64,000 nt of DNA, taken from the NCBI GenBank assembly GCA_002269645.1, contig NIVC01003776.1, positions 13,391 through 77,390 of the forward strand. The letters are read 5' to 3'. Source of the stretch: Macrostomum lignano (taxonomy: Eukaryota). Under the pieces are notes generated by a model. The model saw only the letters and a list, made by a program, of their open reading frames with translations, was not told the origin of the DNA and made no database searches. The position numbers and the translations under genes are program-made. This document shows positions 37,701 through 52,700 of the stretch, piece after piece. Every line of letters starts with the position of its first letter. The stretch's first letter is position 1.

Positions 37701-40700
37701 TCAATGTCCGCGCGGTCTGCCAGCTAATTTGCTTCTTGTTTCAAAATGATTGCGATTTTGTTCAAAATGACTTTAGTTTTTTAAATTCGCGTGGGCTAAT
37801 TTCAGGTCACGACTGAAAACTAGTCATACGAGGAGGAAAATACTCATGCTCACGCAGATCCCAGATACTGTATGCAGGCACACTCTCGCACAGATCCCGG
37901 ATACTGTATGCAGGCACACTCTCGCACAGATCCCGAATACTATATGCAGGCACACTCTCACACAGATCCCGGATACTGTATGCAGGCATACTCTCACACA
38001 GATCCCGGATACTGTATGCAGGCATACTCTCACACAGATCCCGGATACTGTACGCAGGCACACTCTCACACAGATCCCGGATACTGTATGCAGGCACACT
38101 CTCACACAGATCCCGGATACTGTATGCAGGCACACTCTCACACAGATCCCGGATACTGTATGCAAGCGCACTCTCACACAGATCCCGGATACTGTATGCA
38201 GGCACACTCTCACACAGATCCTGGATACTGTATGCAGGCATACTCTCACATAGATCCCGGATACTGTATGCAGGCACACTCTCGCACAGATCCCGAATAC
38301 TGTATGCAGGCACACTCTCGCACAGATCCCGGATACTATATGCAGGCACACTCTCACACAGATCCCGGATACTGTATGCAGGCACACTCTCACACAGATC
38401 CCGGATACTGTATGCAGGCACACTCTCGCACAGATCCCGATATAGCTCGTACCAACCCCGCTCAAAAATGATAGTTACGCATCTTAAACTCATTTTTATT
38501 GCACGAAGCGGATTTAAATGCAAAGCTCGGTGATTTGCATGAGAATCTACTATAAAAGTTCCAAAGCGAAATCAGCATATTTAGGATCCGATCATTTCAT
38601 GTTGGCACTGAAGCAGACATCAAAGTTAAATAGGACCAAATCTCTTCGTGTTTGTAGCAATTCTGTGATGTGATCCGCATGAACATGACCTAAAATTTGA
38701 TGTTGGCTTCTAGCTCGTATGATGCACTATCACTCTCTCATTTTGTTTTGGTGATAAATTAGCATATGAAAATATCCCGGTATTGAGTCAACTTAGGGGT
38801 ACTCAAATACAATAGTCCTCCTTCAACTTTAACCCTCTGACTCACCCTCCGCAGTCGATCAACTTTGTAGATCCGGTGCTTTTAGTCCTGGGCGCTGCCG
38901 CAACAGTGCATTGTTTCACCAATAGCCTTGTGTAGCCGTCTGAAATTGCCGGATTTTTGTTGTTGCTAAACAATTTAGTATACGTGGACTAGCCATGGCC
39001 CCTTATCAAAATTAGCACTTTCGATGGCCCAGTTATCATGCACTTAATGTTCGATAGCTGATTCTCATATAGTCTACTTCTATCCAGTCTGAGATTTTAT
39101 AGGTAAAGTTCCAGGACACTTTCTAGACAACGTTCCTGGACGTTTTATGGATGCTTAGTTGTAGCCTAGATATTTAAGACATTTAACTCTGCATTGCTTC
39201 AGTTCACCCAGCTGTAAAATGAATGCTTTCAGAGTATATTTTCTGGGGCGTTTAATTTCAGAGTAGATTAACTCGGCGTTTAACTTGACGACATTCATGG
39301 TCTCTGGTTGGTTTCTGTTCGTAGGATAAAATCAGTGGTCGTGAAGTTTTTTTAGATAGATATGGGCAATTTTTGTTTGGCTACAGCAGTCCCTTTTTGA
39401 CTGCAGTTGCAGCTAGGTGTGCTCTGTATATAGTCCCTGCGCCCTTAAATGTACCGTAGATGTTAGTCCTGTTATATGTTTCTTCGTTTTGTTGCGTCTA
39501 AGTATATGATAATCGCACACACGCACTCTGAATAGTTTCTAAATAGCATGCGACGAAACATTGGACCCGGTTGTTATAAATCATGCAGCGTACATGCTCG
39601 TGCACGCATATAAAAGCTTTCCGAGGTCTCCATAAGTAAATTGAAGGCCCAGGTAAATGAATACACGGGAAGGCTGAAACTTCAGCCCAACTACACAGGA
39701 AGTTCTGCCAAATTACTGAGCATGCTAACCAAGCCTATACTTAGATTACGGAACACATAGCTAAGGCCAAATGCATAGCAACGCCGATCTCAAACAGCAT
39801 CCTGTCTGTCTCACGATTGACCCGCCTAATTAAAGGTTCGAAGATCTAAGAATCACATAATAATAATAAAGTTCTCTCACCAGTGGTATCTCGGAGGAGA
39901 ATCTCGAGCTGGATTGGGTCCTCCTCTTCAATTTCGCTAACTGAGAATCCGGACCTGTTTAATACTCGAAGCCAGAGAGCCAGGCCGGATATAACCTTTG
40001 GCGGCAGGTCCCAACCAGACGGATTCTGTTGACCTGTTCTGAAACCGGAATAAACGCGCTTTCAGAGTAGAAATTTGGTGAAAGAAACTTGTTTGAGCCA
40101 CTTTCTTTGTAGGAAAATGGACAGTTTCGGAAAATGCGGAGTGCTAATTTTCAGTATCCCTTCTTTAATTAGAGGCAGGGGTTGTGTGCACCCTGGCGCA
40201 CTTTAAGCGACATTGTCACACAACCGGCGAGGGGCATTGCCGCCCATTCCGCCGCTCCCCTGAGCAGGCACACAAGCGCGCGGATACGTACGCAGTCATA
40301 CGCACAGGCACACACTCACACTCACACAGCGGCCCTAACTTTATTTATCGTCAGGCATGTACACTTCACTGTGCCTTGGGGGTTGGCCCTCAAGCTGGGC
40401 GTTAATTGCACGAGCAGAGCCAAGCCGAGATTCCAATTCAGCCCCAAATTAATGGGACTGCACTTGGAATCGAGCCTGGGCCGCTGGCACATCAGATACA
40501 GTCTTTTCTTTAAGGAAACGGGAGCGCCAGTTAAAAATTCCACGGAACTAGGGGTTTTAATGGTGTTTGGCGGATTAGTCTGGGATAATTTTAAATTAAA
40601 TTTTGGATAAATATGTCTTCAGTGATGTCAGGTGAAGTGGAAACAAAAATTCTCTCGGAGTTTTTAAACTCCCTTACCTCGATTTAATCTTTGAATCCAT

Positions 40701-43700
40701 GGAGTCGTTATAGCCGAGTTGCTGGGCAGTCACTGTGCACATAAGGCCCACAACAATGTCCGGATAGGTGTAGAAGTTCCGGTTCCACAGCACCCGAAGT
40801 GTGGCTTTCAGCACCTTCTGGTTCGCTGTGTGGCTCTGAATGAAGTGACCAGAAAATATAATATTGTGCGCTAGTTAGCTGACTTATTGCGCTGCTGTAA
40901 TTTAAGGCGACGATCGACCCACAGAAAGCAGTTGTACTTTTGTATCCGCTGAGCCTTAAGCACAGAACTCTATTTTACGCTATCGACAATGAAAAGCAAA
41001 TATTTAATCGCTTGATTCTCCCGCTTGCTCCTGAACTCAACCGGCTATACTTCAAATACTCACCTGTCGAGTTACGGTGACAGCTCGACCGCCGCAGGCA
41101 GTGTCTGAGTCTAGTCGCAGTTCAGCTTTGTATTTCCCTCCGCTGGCTTCACGAAGTTGGCATACGGAGGCCTCTGGCCCCTGACGGTAGCCGTCAATGT
41201 AGGCAATGGAGTCGCCACTTCGCAGTCTGCTTAACAACTCGTTGTAGGGCGGCTTCGGGTAGCCAGGATCGAACGTCACCTCCATTAGGCCATTGCCGCA
41301 ACTGACGGTTACTATGGAGACAGTTTATTTTGCGTGGGTGATAAAATTATTTTAACAAGACAGATGCAGAGCTTTGACGAGTGTCTAAAAACACTTTTTT
41401 TGACTGCGCTAAGGTAAAAGTTTGGGGTACATCTCGAGAGTCAGTAGTCATTTATCAAGGAACTCAGGAATTGGACGTCAGGATGGCACCCATTAAAGAC
41501 GGGCGCCAACTAACCCGATACGGAAGTCGGATAAAGAGCGCAACACTCAGGAGCGAGCTAAACTGAGCAAAACTGTCATTTTCTACAGAAAATGAAGCAG
41601 CCAGTCCATCTCAACCAACTCAAACTCCAATTCATAGGCTACAATTTCAAAGGTTTCGTTGCCTTACAAAGCGACTTCTCTGTAGAAGCAGGAGAAAATA
41701 ACCAGGGAGACTTGTGCGACAAAAAGCGAGTATGGAGTCAAACATTTTTTTCGCACTCCTACCCACAGAAGCCGAAAGTCATTAATCAGATTATTGCATC
41801 TCGCGGCCGGCGTTGGACCCGTTGAGAGCTGACGACTCTCTGGTTATTTGATTTCTCTCTCCTTCTCTAGTTCTTCTTCTTTTTTCTCTGACTCCACCCA
41901 GTCTTTTGCGCTAGACAAAATCAGTCAGTCTGGAAATTTACACGCTTGCATAGAGAGAAAATATAGCACCGCACTGGCCGCCGACTTGATTGGATTGCTA
42001 AATAGTGGATGGAGCATAAACCCGTTTGACTTCTCTTCTCGTCTCGACTGGCGTTGTTTTTTCTTCTAATCTAACAGAACGCCTATCGTTCTGCGAGACC
42101 TGGCGTGGGGACCTAGACGCTGGCAGACTCTTAGAAACAGCAAGTTCAAGCGACGTGTTGCGTTTTAGTCGACTCCAGCTGGCAGGCTTTACAACCGCCA
42201 AGTCGTACTGCCTACAGCCGGTGTAAAGGGTGCGCGACCTTGGGTCGGCAGCACGGACTACGCTTACGTTCAGGATCTTAGGCGCACCCTGCGACGCTGG
42301 TGCTTTCTAAGAACTAATTGACAGCATAGTATTGCGTTGTTGTTGTTGTTGTTGTTTTACAGCATACCGAAATACATCAGTAACTTTCTGTCGAAAACCG
42401 CATTTGATTCGAGTACAGGGCACGGGAGCTATAGCCCTTGAAAATAAGCAGAAATTGTTCTAAATGATTTTAAGCGTTGATTTTGTCATAAATACGAGTA
42501 ATATTTATGTAATTTTCTCGAGGCCTTCGACGACATCCTCCCACAACCAGCGCTGAGGCAATTCTGCCCATTTCGCTGACTCCTGAGCACATACAAGCGC
42601 GCCAATACAGTAAGCAGGCATGCAATCATACACACGCTCACACAGGGTGTACACCGGCCCAGACTTTCTAATCGTCAGGTGTGTACACTCTGTAAGCCCC
42701 AAATGAAGGTGGTCGCGCACAGAATCGAACCACCTGGGGTCTCCACGAATTCTCTGCCCTGGTCGATGGCCGGTCGAGTATTCCCTACCCGGTTAGACAG
42801 TGATGAATATCTGTTAACGAGGTGATCCATCATTTTTGCAGCCCTTGCAGGTGACATTACTAATTAGAAATTTTCTATAAATTTCTGGTCTCGTCAACAC
42901 GCAAAGATATGTTTTGTTTCGCAAAAATGTTTATCCATCCCTTTTCTTGCTTCATTCTAAGAATTTGAGAAGAATATAGGAAAAAGACAACTCAGGAAAT
43001 AGCTTTCTTTATTCAGCCAAACAAAGACTAATGAGACTGTTGACTTGAAGAAACACGAACTGGACAAGATTTAAGGCAGCCTGGGGGCAATTTTTGCCAT
43101 TTTTGCTGTCTTCGATTTTTTAATAAGGAGAAAAAGAGGAATCAAAGATCTCTTAATTCATCAGGGAACATGAAAATAAAGTCTCTTTATTTCTCTTACC
43201 GTGGTGCCGGGAGCACCGCTTTGCTCCTTTGCCCGCGGGAGTGGACAGCTGTTTTGGACACAGACATCCTGGCCTGCTGTAGTTGCTAGGGGAATAACAG
43301 GTGCCGTAAGGATCTGAATCTGCGCATTCTTTGCACCGGTCCAACTCTTTTTTGAGCACTTCGACTGAAACAAGATTTTTTGCGGGTAAAGGGTGTTGAA
43401 TTACAAACAGATAATAAAGTCTAATACCGATACGTGGTTTAAATATTTGAATGCATTTCAGATCAACTTTCATGCGCTTTGGGTATAAGGGTTGCGCTTT
43501 AGAGGTGTCAGTGACGCCAACTCTAAGGGTGTCAGTGACGTCACTTTAAGATTCTTAGTGACGTCACTTTAATCGTGTCAGTGACGTCACGTTAAGGGTG
43601 TCAGTTACGTCACGTTAAGGGTGTCAGTAACGTCCCTTTAAGGGTATAAGTGACGTCACTTTAATCGTGTCAGTGACGTCATTTTAAGGATGTCAGTAAC

Positions 43701-46700
43701 GTCACTTTAAGGGTGGCAGTGACGCCAACTTTGTACGGTGAAAGGGACAGTTAAAAAGGTCCTTCGACAAGGTATAAAACGAAATGAAAAAGGCAGAGCT
43801 CATTATCAAGCTGCCTTGTCATTAATTACTCTGTATTGGATAGCTTAGAGTAAACAAACTCTTACAGCACTCGTAGTACTTCAGCCAGGGCTGGTAAACT
43901 GCCACGTGACCTTCGGGCATTGGCATTTTCTGAAATCTGCTTCAGTGTCTCGCAGCTTCTGGCATGCGGCTCGCTTGCTGCGGCAGAATAAGGTTTTGTT
44001 GTCGCATACTCCGTCAATATCGCCTGTGTTTGGGGTGGACATTGGATTGGAGAATAGGGTAGAGAACGAATTGTATAGTACGTTAGAGTAGAGTGGATCA
44101 AACAACTGAGGAACAGGGGAGAATTAATTAGCTGAGTAGATAGGGATTAACTAGAGGAGTAGAGAGTGGATCAGAGCCCCTGCGGCGGTACTTACGCAGC
44201 TTAGTTGAGCACACTGGGCGGCCCCAATGGTCCGAGCCGCCCGAGTGCCGGGGAACTCCGCGATTATCCGGACACGAGCAGCTGAGTCGAAAAGTCGAGC
44301 CGTCTTCTGTCAGCAGCGGGCCGTTGCTCCTGGTTTGAATTGAATGGATTGCTAGTCTAGCCAAACAGCAACTATTAAGATGTGGATTGCTTATCTACCG
44401 TCTAAAACCAACTCAAAATTTATTTAGAACTTAAGGTTTGCTGTGTAGAGCAGCTACCGTCTTCCTCTACGATCGACATCTAGAACTTTCACTCGAGCAA
44501 TCCTCGCGACAAACATTCAATTAAAATTCAGCTCCACCGCTACCGTGGGGCTACTTGAGATGCTGCTCAGCTCGGACAGCCCAGAAGAGGAGAAAAGAAA
44601 AAAGTTTTTTTGTCAAGCAGAAGGCGGCACCAGCAACAGGAGTAATTTTACAGAGAGGAAACAGAATCTCCCCGTGGTAGAAAAGTTTTGAAAATTAAAG
44701 TCGCGAAAGAGGAATCTGCGAAGAAGCGTGAGCTTGGTCAGGCTTGGTTCAGTGTTTGAGCCCCGGGCACAAGTGCTAATTTGAGGTCAGTTTTAGAACT
44801 CCCATACCTACTGGATGCCGAGAACCTGGGTCCACTTCTTTCAAAAACTACTAGAAATTTAATACAGTAGTGTTTAGAACCGGTAAGTTAACAATCAGCT
44901 GGGAAACTTAAAACTTTGACCATAGTATCATGCATCAGACTGCGGCTCTTTTGAACCTTAAGAAAATTTAACTTTCCGTCAATTCTTGAGCTGTAAGTAA
45001 AATATGGGTACTCTTGGTCCTGATAGACAGAGCAAGCAGGGGTCCTATAGAATCTCTTAGATGGACGATTCCATGACTGATTGAGGAAGCTGGGGTCCTA
45101 TAGAATCTCTTAGATGGACGATTCCATGACTGATTGAGGAAGCTGGGGTCCTATAGAATCTCTTAGATGGACGATTCCATGACTGATTGAGGAAGCTGGG
45201 GTCCTATAGACTCTCTTAGATGGACGATTCCATGACTGATTGAGGAAGCTGGGGTCCTATAGACTCTCTTAGATGGACGATTCCATGACTGATTGAGGAA
45301 GCTGGGGTCCTATAGACTCTCTTAGATGGACGATTCCATGACTGATTGAGGAAGCTGGGGTCCTATAGACTCTCTTAGATGGACGATTCCATGACTGATT
45401 GAGGAAGCTGGGGTCCTATAGAATCTCTTAGATGGACGATTCCATGACTGATTGAGGAAGCTGGGGTCCTATAGACTCTCTTAGATGCACGATTCCATGA
45501 CTGATTGAGGAAGCTGGGGTCCTATAGACTCTCTTAGATGGACGATTCCATGACTGATTGAGGAAGCTGGGGTCCTATAGACTCTCTTAGATGCACGATT
45601 CCATGACATGACTGATTGAGGAAGTCCCAGAGGTCCTATAGTCAATCTTAGACGGACGATTCCATGACATGACTGATTGAGGAAGCTGGGGTTCCACGAT
45701 ACGCTCAGAAGCAACAATGCTTCATGTAGGATGTAGTTACAAAAGTTCAAAAAAAGTAAGTTCAACGTTTTTCTTCAAAACAGCGGCGTCATAAAAAGAC
45801 CTAGCGAACTACTTTGCGACCTGAAAATGCACCCAGCTCAGATGAACTCTGTCCAGAAAATCCGAGAAAATAGACTTGTTTTACAAGTTTACAACGCCAT
45901 TAAAGGCTAGGAATGGGCAGCTACTTAAAATGTTTGCATAATAGGATGGAGTTTTATGACCTAAGCGCCGCACTGCCAGTCCATTAATTTTGTCGCAAAA
46001 ATTTTTGGTAATTTTTAAAACGAAACAGAATCTTAGATGATCTCTGTTTAAACAGGTAGGAACTGTCAGTCCTGATTTGAAAAGGACAGGCAATATGGCG
46101 CTGCAACTGCCGGCGTATGTTTGAAGGAAATGATTGAAAAAAAGACTTGAGGAAGAGAGGAGAAGTGAACTTTCAAGATGGAGCTAGGCTTCGCACGGAA
46201 ATCAATGATCCCCAATATTGAAGGACTCTGCTGGGGATAGCGGACTCACTCGGACAGGTCCTCTTCTTTGAAGCAGACGCCGCCTTCCTCTGAGCAGAAC
46301 TTGCAGTATTGATGGTCCCGTCCGCTGTTGTAGATCGGTTCTGCAATGAGCGATTTGGAGACTTGCAGGCAACCGAGTTACTCTGCTGGGCCATATGTAG
46401 GAACTGCCATCTGTCTGCATTAGGCGGAGAGAAATAACAAGTTTACAAGCCCGGGGCCCGCATTGTTGCAGATAATGAAGCCAACGGCTGTGCATAATTC
46501 ATCAATCGATTGTTAGGCGTGTGTTGGATCTAATTTCATTCTGCTCAAAATTTTTTCTTCTTCTAGCTTTGCTTCCGGCAATCTGTGAGAAAGACTGAAA
46601 AATACAGATTTGGAATTAGTATAGATTTCTGTTCAAATCGATGGTGAACAAAGCAGAAAAGTAAGTAGGACAGCGGCTTCCGTTGGTAAATACACAATTG

Positions 46701-49700
46701 CTTTAATTATTGTTGACAAATAATAACATGCAAAAAAACATTCTCAAAAAATTTCTTTGGGTCATAGTAAAATCATGTAGAGATCACACAGAAATCACTC
46801 ACAGAGATCACACACAGAGATCACACAGAGATCACACATAGATATCACACAGAGATCACACAGAGATCACACATAGATATCACACAGAGATCACACAGAG
46901 ATCACACACAGAGATCACACAGAGATCACACAGAGATCAAACAGCGAGATAACACACAGAGATCACACACAGAAATCCCACACAGAGATCACACACAGAT
47001 CACACAGAGATCACACACAGAGATCACACACAGAGATCACACACAAAGACCACACACAGAGATCACACACAGAGATCACAGACAGAGATCACACACAGAG
47101 ATCACACACAGAGATCACACACAGAGATCACACAGAGATCACACACAGAGATCACACACAGAGATCACACAGAGATCACACAGAGATCACACAAAGAGAT
47201 CACGCACAGAGATCACACACAGAGATCACACACAGAGATCACACACAGAGATCACACACAGAGATCACACACAGAGATCACACACAGAGATCACACACAG
47301 AGATCACAGACAGAGATCACACACAGAGATCACACACAGAGATCACACACAGAGATCACACACCGAGATCACACAGAGATCACACAGAGATCACACAGAG
47401 AGATCACGCACAGAGATCACACACAGAGATCACACACAGAGATCACACACAGAGATCACACACAGAGATCACACACAGAGATCACACACAGAGATCACAC
47501 ACAGAGATCACACACCGAGATCACACACAGAGAACACACACAGAGATCACACACAGATATCACACAGAGATCACACAGAGATCACACATAGATATCACAC
47601 AGAGATCACACAGAGATCACACATAGATATCACACAGAGATCACACAGAGATCACACACAGAGATCACACAGAGATCACACAGAGATCAAACAGCGAGAT
47701 AACACACAGAGATCACACACAGAAATCACACAGAGATCACACTCAGATCACACAGAGATCACACACAGAGATCACACACAGAGATCACACACAGAGATCA
47801 CACACAGAGATCACACACAGAGATCACAGACAGAGATCACACACAGAGATCACACACAGAGATCACACAGAGATCACACACAGAGATCACACACAGAGAT
47901 CACACAGAGATCACACAGAGATCACACAGAGATCACACAGAGAGATCACGCACAGAGATCACACACAGAGATCACACACAGAGATCACACACAGAGATCA
48001 CACACAGAGATCACACACAGAGATCACACACAGAGATCACACACAGAGATCACACACAGAGATCACACACAGAGATCACACACAGAGATCACACACAGAG
48101 ATCACACAGAGATCACACAGAGATCACACAGAGATCACACAGAGATCACACAGAGATCACACACAGAGATCACACACAGAGATCACACACAGAGATCACA
48201 CACAGAGATCACACACAGAGATCACACACAGAGATCACACACAGAGATCACACAGAGATCAACACAGAGAACACACACAGAGATCACACACAGATATCAC
48301 ACAGAGATCACACAGAGATCACACATAGATATCACACAGAGATCACACAGAGATCACACATAGATATCACACAGAGATCACACAGAGATCACACACAGAG
48401 ATCACACAGAGATCACACAGAGATCACACACAGAGATCACACACAGAGATCACACACAAAGACCACACACAGAGATCACACTCAGATCACACAGAGATCA
48501 CACACAGAGATCACACACAGAGATCACACACAGACACACACAGAGATCACACACAGAGATCACACACAGAGATCACACACAGAGATCACACACAGAGATC
48601 ACAGACAGAGATCACACACAGAGATCACACACAGAGATCACACACAGAGATCACACACCGAGATCACACACAGAGAACACACACAGAGATCACACACAGA
48701 TATCACACAGAGATCACACAGAGATCACACATAGATATCACACAGAGATCACACAGAGATCACACATAGATATCACACAGAGATCACACAGAGATCACAC
48801 ACAGAGATCACACAGAGATCACACAGAGATCAAACAGCGAGATAACACACAGAGATCACACACAGAGATCACACACAGAGATCACACTCAGATCACACAG
48901 AGATCACACACAGAGATCACACACAGAGATCACACACAAAGACCACACACAGAGATCACACACAGAGATCACACACAGAGATCACACACAGAGATCACAC
49001 ACAGAGATCACACAGAGATCACACACAGAGATCACACACAGAGATCACACAGAGATCACACAGAGATCACACAGAGAGATCACGCACAGAGATCACACAC
49101 AGAGATCACACACAAAGATCACACACAGAGATCACACACAGAGATCACACACAGAGATCACACACAGAGATCACACACAGAGATCACAGACAGAGATCAC
49201 ACACAGAGATCACACACAGAGATCACACACAGAGATCACACACCGAGATCACACAGAGATCACACAGAGATCACACAGAGAGATCACGCACAGAGATCAC
49301 ACACAGAGATCACACACAGAGATCACACACAGAGATCACACACAGAGATCACACACAGAGATCACACACAGAGATCACACACCGAGATCACACACCGAGA
49401 TCACACACAGAGAACACACACAGAGATCACACACAGATATCACACAGAGATCACACAGAGATCACACATAGATATCACACAGAGATCACACAGAGATCAC
49501 ACATAGATATCACACAGAGATCACACAGAGATCACACACAGAGATCACACAGAGATCACACAGAGATCACACACAGAGATCACACACAGAGATCACACAC
49601 AGAAATCACACAGAGATCACACAGAGATCACACACAGATCACACAGAGATCACACAGAGATCACACTCAGATCACACAGAGATCACACACAGAGATCACA

Positions 49701-52700
49701 CACAGAGATCACACACACACAGAGATCACAGAGATCACACACAGAGATCACACACAGAGATCACACACAGAGATCACACACAGAGATCACACAGAGATCA
49801 CACACAGAGATCACACACAGAGATCACACACAGAGATTACACACAGAGATCACACACAGAGATCACACACAGAATCCACACAGAGATCACACACAGAGAT
49901 CACACACAGAGATCACACACAGAGATCACACACAGAGATCACACAGAGATCACACACAGAGATCACACACAGAGATCACACACAGAGATCACACACAGAG
50001 ATCACACACAGAGATCACACACAGAGATCACACAGAGATCACACACAGAGATCACACAGAGATCACACAGAGATCACACAGAGATCACACACAGAGATCC
50101 CACACAGAGATCACACACAGAGATCACACACAGAGATCACACAGAGATCACACAGAGAGATCACGCACAGAGATCACACACAGAGATCACACACAGAGAT
50201 CATACACAGAGATCACACAGAGATCACACACAGAGATCACACACAGAGATCACACAGAGATCACACACAGAGATCACACACAGAGATCACACACAGACAC
50301 ACGAGATCACAGAGATCACACACAGAGATCACACACAGAGATCACACACAGAGATCACACACAGAGATCACAGAGATCACACACAGAGATCACACACAGA
50401 GATCACACACAGAGATCACACACAGAGATCACACACAGAGATCACACACAGAGATCACACACAGAGATCACACACAGAGATCACACACAGAGATCACACA
50501 CAGAGATCACACACAGAGATCACACACAGAGATCACACACAGAGATCACACACAGAGATCACAGAGATCACACACAGAGATCACACACAGAGATCACACA
50601 CAGAGATCACACACAGAGATCACACACAGAGATCACACAGAGATCACACAGAGATCACACAGAGATCACACAGAGATCACACAGAGATCACACAGAGATC
50701 ACACAGAGATCACACAGAGATCACACAGAGATCACACAGAGATCACACAGAGATCACACAGAGATCAGCAGCGAGATCAACACACAGAGATCACGGAGAG
50801 ATTGATGAGATCATCGGAATCGCCGAGATGAGATCAAACTGGATCAAGAACAATCTGGATGATCGACTCACTGCACTGGTGTCTGTGCGGTGCGTACACA
50901 AAATTGGCTTCGCAGACGCAGCGAGCCTCGTACAGAGTGCACACGCTGTTCTTAACCATCTCGCACTCGCGATCCCGACCGCATGGAATGTCCAGCAGCT
51001 CTGAAAGGTTGATAAGAAGGATAGATTAATACATCCTTCCGTACATCTGAATGCTGATCTGTGTTTACCTGATCCCCAGCTTTGGAAAATGCAACTTTAT
51101 GCTCTATATGGTGTTTTTGGTTCATTATAACAAGATCAACGCATCTTAACAAAAATAATCGCAGGATTGGACACCCGGATTGGAGTTTATCGCTGAGCTG
51201 CTGCGGCCCCTCCACGTACTTACTGTCAAACCAATTCAAGCTGCCCACTAGTCAACCCGTTGCAGTTTGATCTCTGTCTTCGTCTATTTCGGGCCCAAAA
51301 CTACGTGTTTTAGACAAATCTATCCAGTGCTTTAGTTTGAATTTGTAGCTAGCAAACTTCCATTAAGCTTTCCACGTTTTTCACTGGCACAAAACTATCG
51401 ATTGCCGACATTGTAGGAGAATGGGTTTGCTTAAAATAGGCTCAATAATGCAACATGTAATAGCTATTAAAATTGAGTTTAGCTATATAGCCCGTCTTAG
51501 CGGCGCCAGTTGAAATCCTTTCGATGATTTAAACTTTTACTGAAGTAGAGAAGTGTTTTGAGCGAATCGTTTCGATAGTAGCAACTAATATCCTATTGTT
51601 TTATTTACCCCAGTAGATGCTTTTTGACATTGCCCCCTTAAAAGAAAAAAAATACTTTATTACGAATTACGAGCGCGTACAAAATTCTTAAACGAATTAA
51701 AAAATATACACGAAATGACCTTTTCTATAACAAATTAACAAGTTCCACAACGAATTAACGAATTCTACAACGAATTACCAAAGTCTACAACGAATTAACA
51801 ATTCCACAACGAATTAACAAATTCCACAACGAATCAACAAATTCTACAACGAATAAACAAATTCTAAAACGAATTAACAAATTCTAGACCGAGTTAACAA
51901 ATTCCAAACCGATACACACTATGTCTACATTGAATTTGCACCATTCTACACCAAAAACATGCAATATCACACGATGCAGCAAATAAATCGATCCTAAAAA
52001 TCACTCACTAGTCTGGCAGACTTTCCCAGAGGCGTGCTGCACAATTGTCTGCGAGGCTGGACAATCGCAGGCTAGCTTGGACTCTTTCGTGGTGCACACT
52101 CCGCCACGCGGCACCGGGCACGGGCTGCCCGGGGTTGTGCAACCGCTGCCGTCCTCTACAAGAAAAAATCGGTGGCCAATTTTTACCAGAGCACCGGGTG
52201 CCTGACCGAATGGTAGCAAACTCTTGTCGATTGGTGAATTTCTGGTTTTAGCTTCTGTCAACTCGAATTTCGAGTCGGCAACAACGCGCGCCAGTTGTAG
52301 AAACAAAACTATGCAAATAACCATTGTTGGAGTGAATATTTCTTGGGATATGCTAGGCCTCGCGCTGCGGTTAAGACAGGATATGAGAAACCAACAGACG
52401 GCCCGGGCGGGGCTCGGTAAGGTTTTTTAAAAACAATTGGCCATTCCTGATGAGGGAATTGAGGTGGTCGGGCGGGATGCCTCGCCTTCCGTATAGTTGA
52501 ATGGCGAAGGAAAGAAGAGAGACGGGGAGCAGATGGGGGGATTTTGCTCTCGTGACTTCACCTTGCGACTGATCCATCCATCCATCTACTTTCTCTCTAC
52601 CTCTCCCCCCAACCCACACATACACAATTCTTACCTGGAAAAGCCCACCCTTAGCAAGCCTAGGGTTTAGGTCTCTTACCAAAAGCCTTTTTTCACCTGA

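Noticed and set aside
37807-38523. Cys/His-rich 200-238-aa ORFs on both strands
   Set aside because: 36-bp intronic minisatellite; open in most frames by composition.
15914-43917. Programmed ribosomal frameshifting at the two CCCG sites
   Set aside because: No slippery heptamer or downstream stimulatory structure is evident, and homopolymer miscalls are simpler. Kept only as findings to verify.
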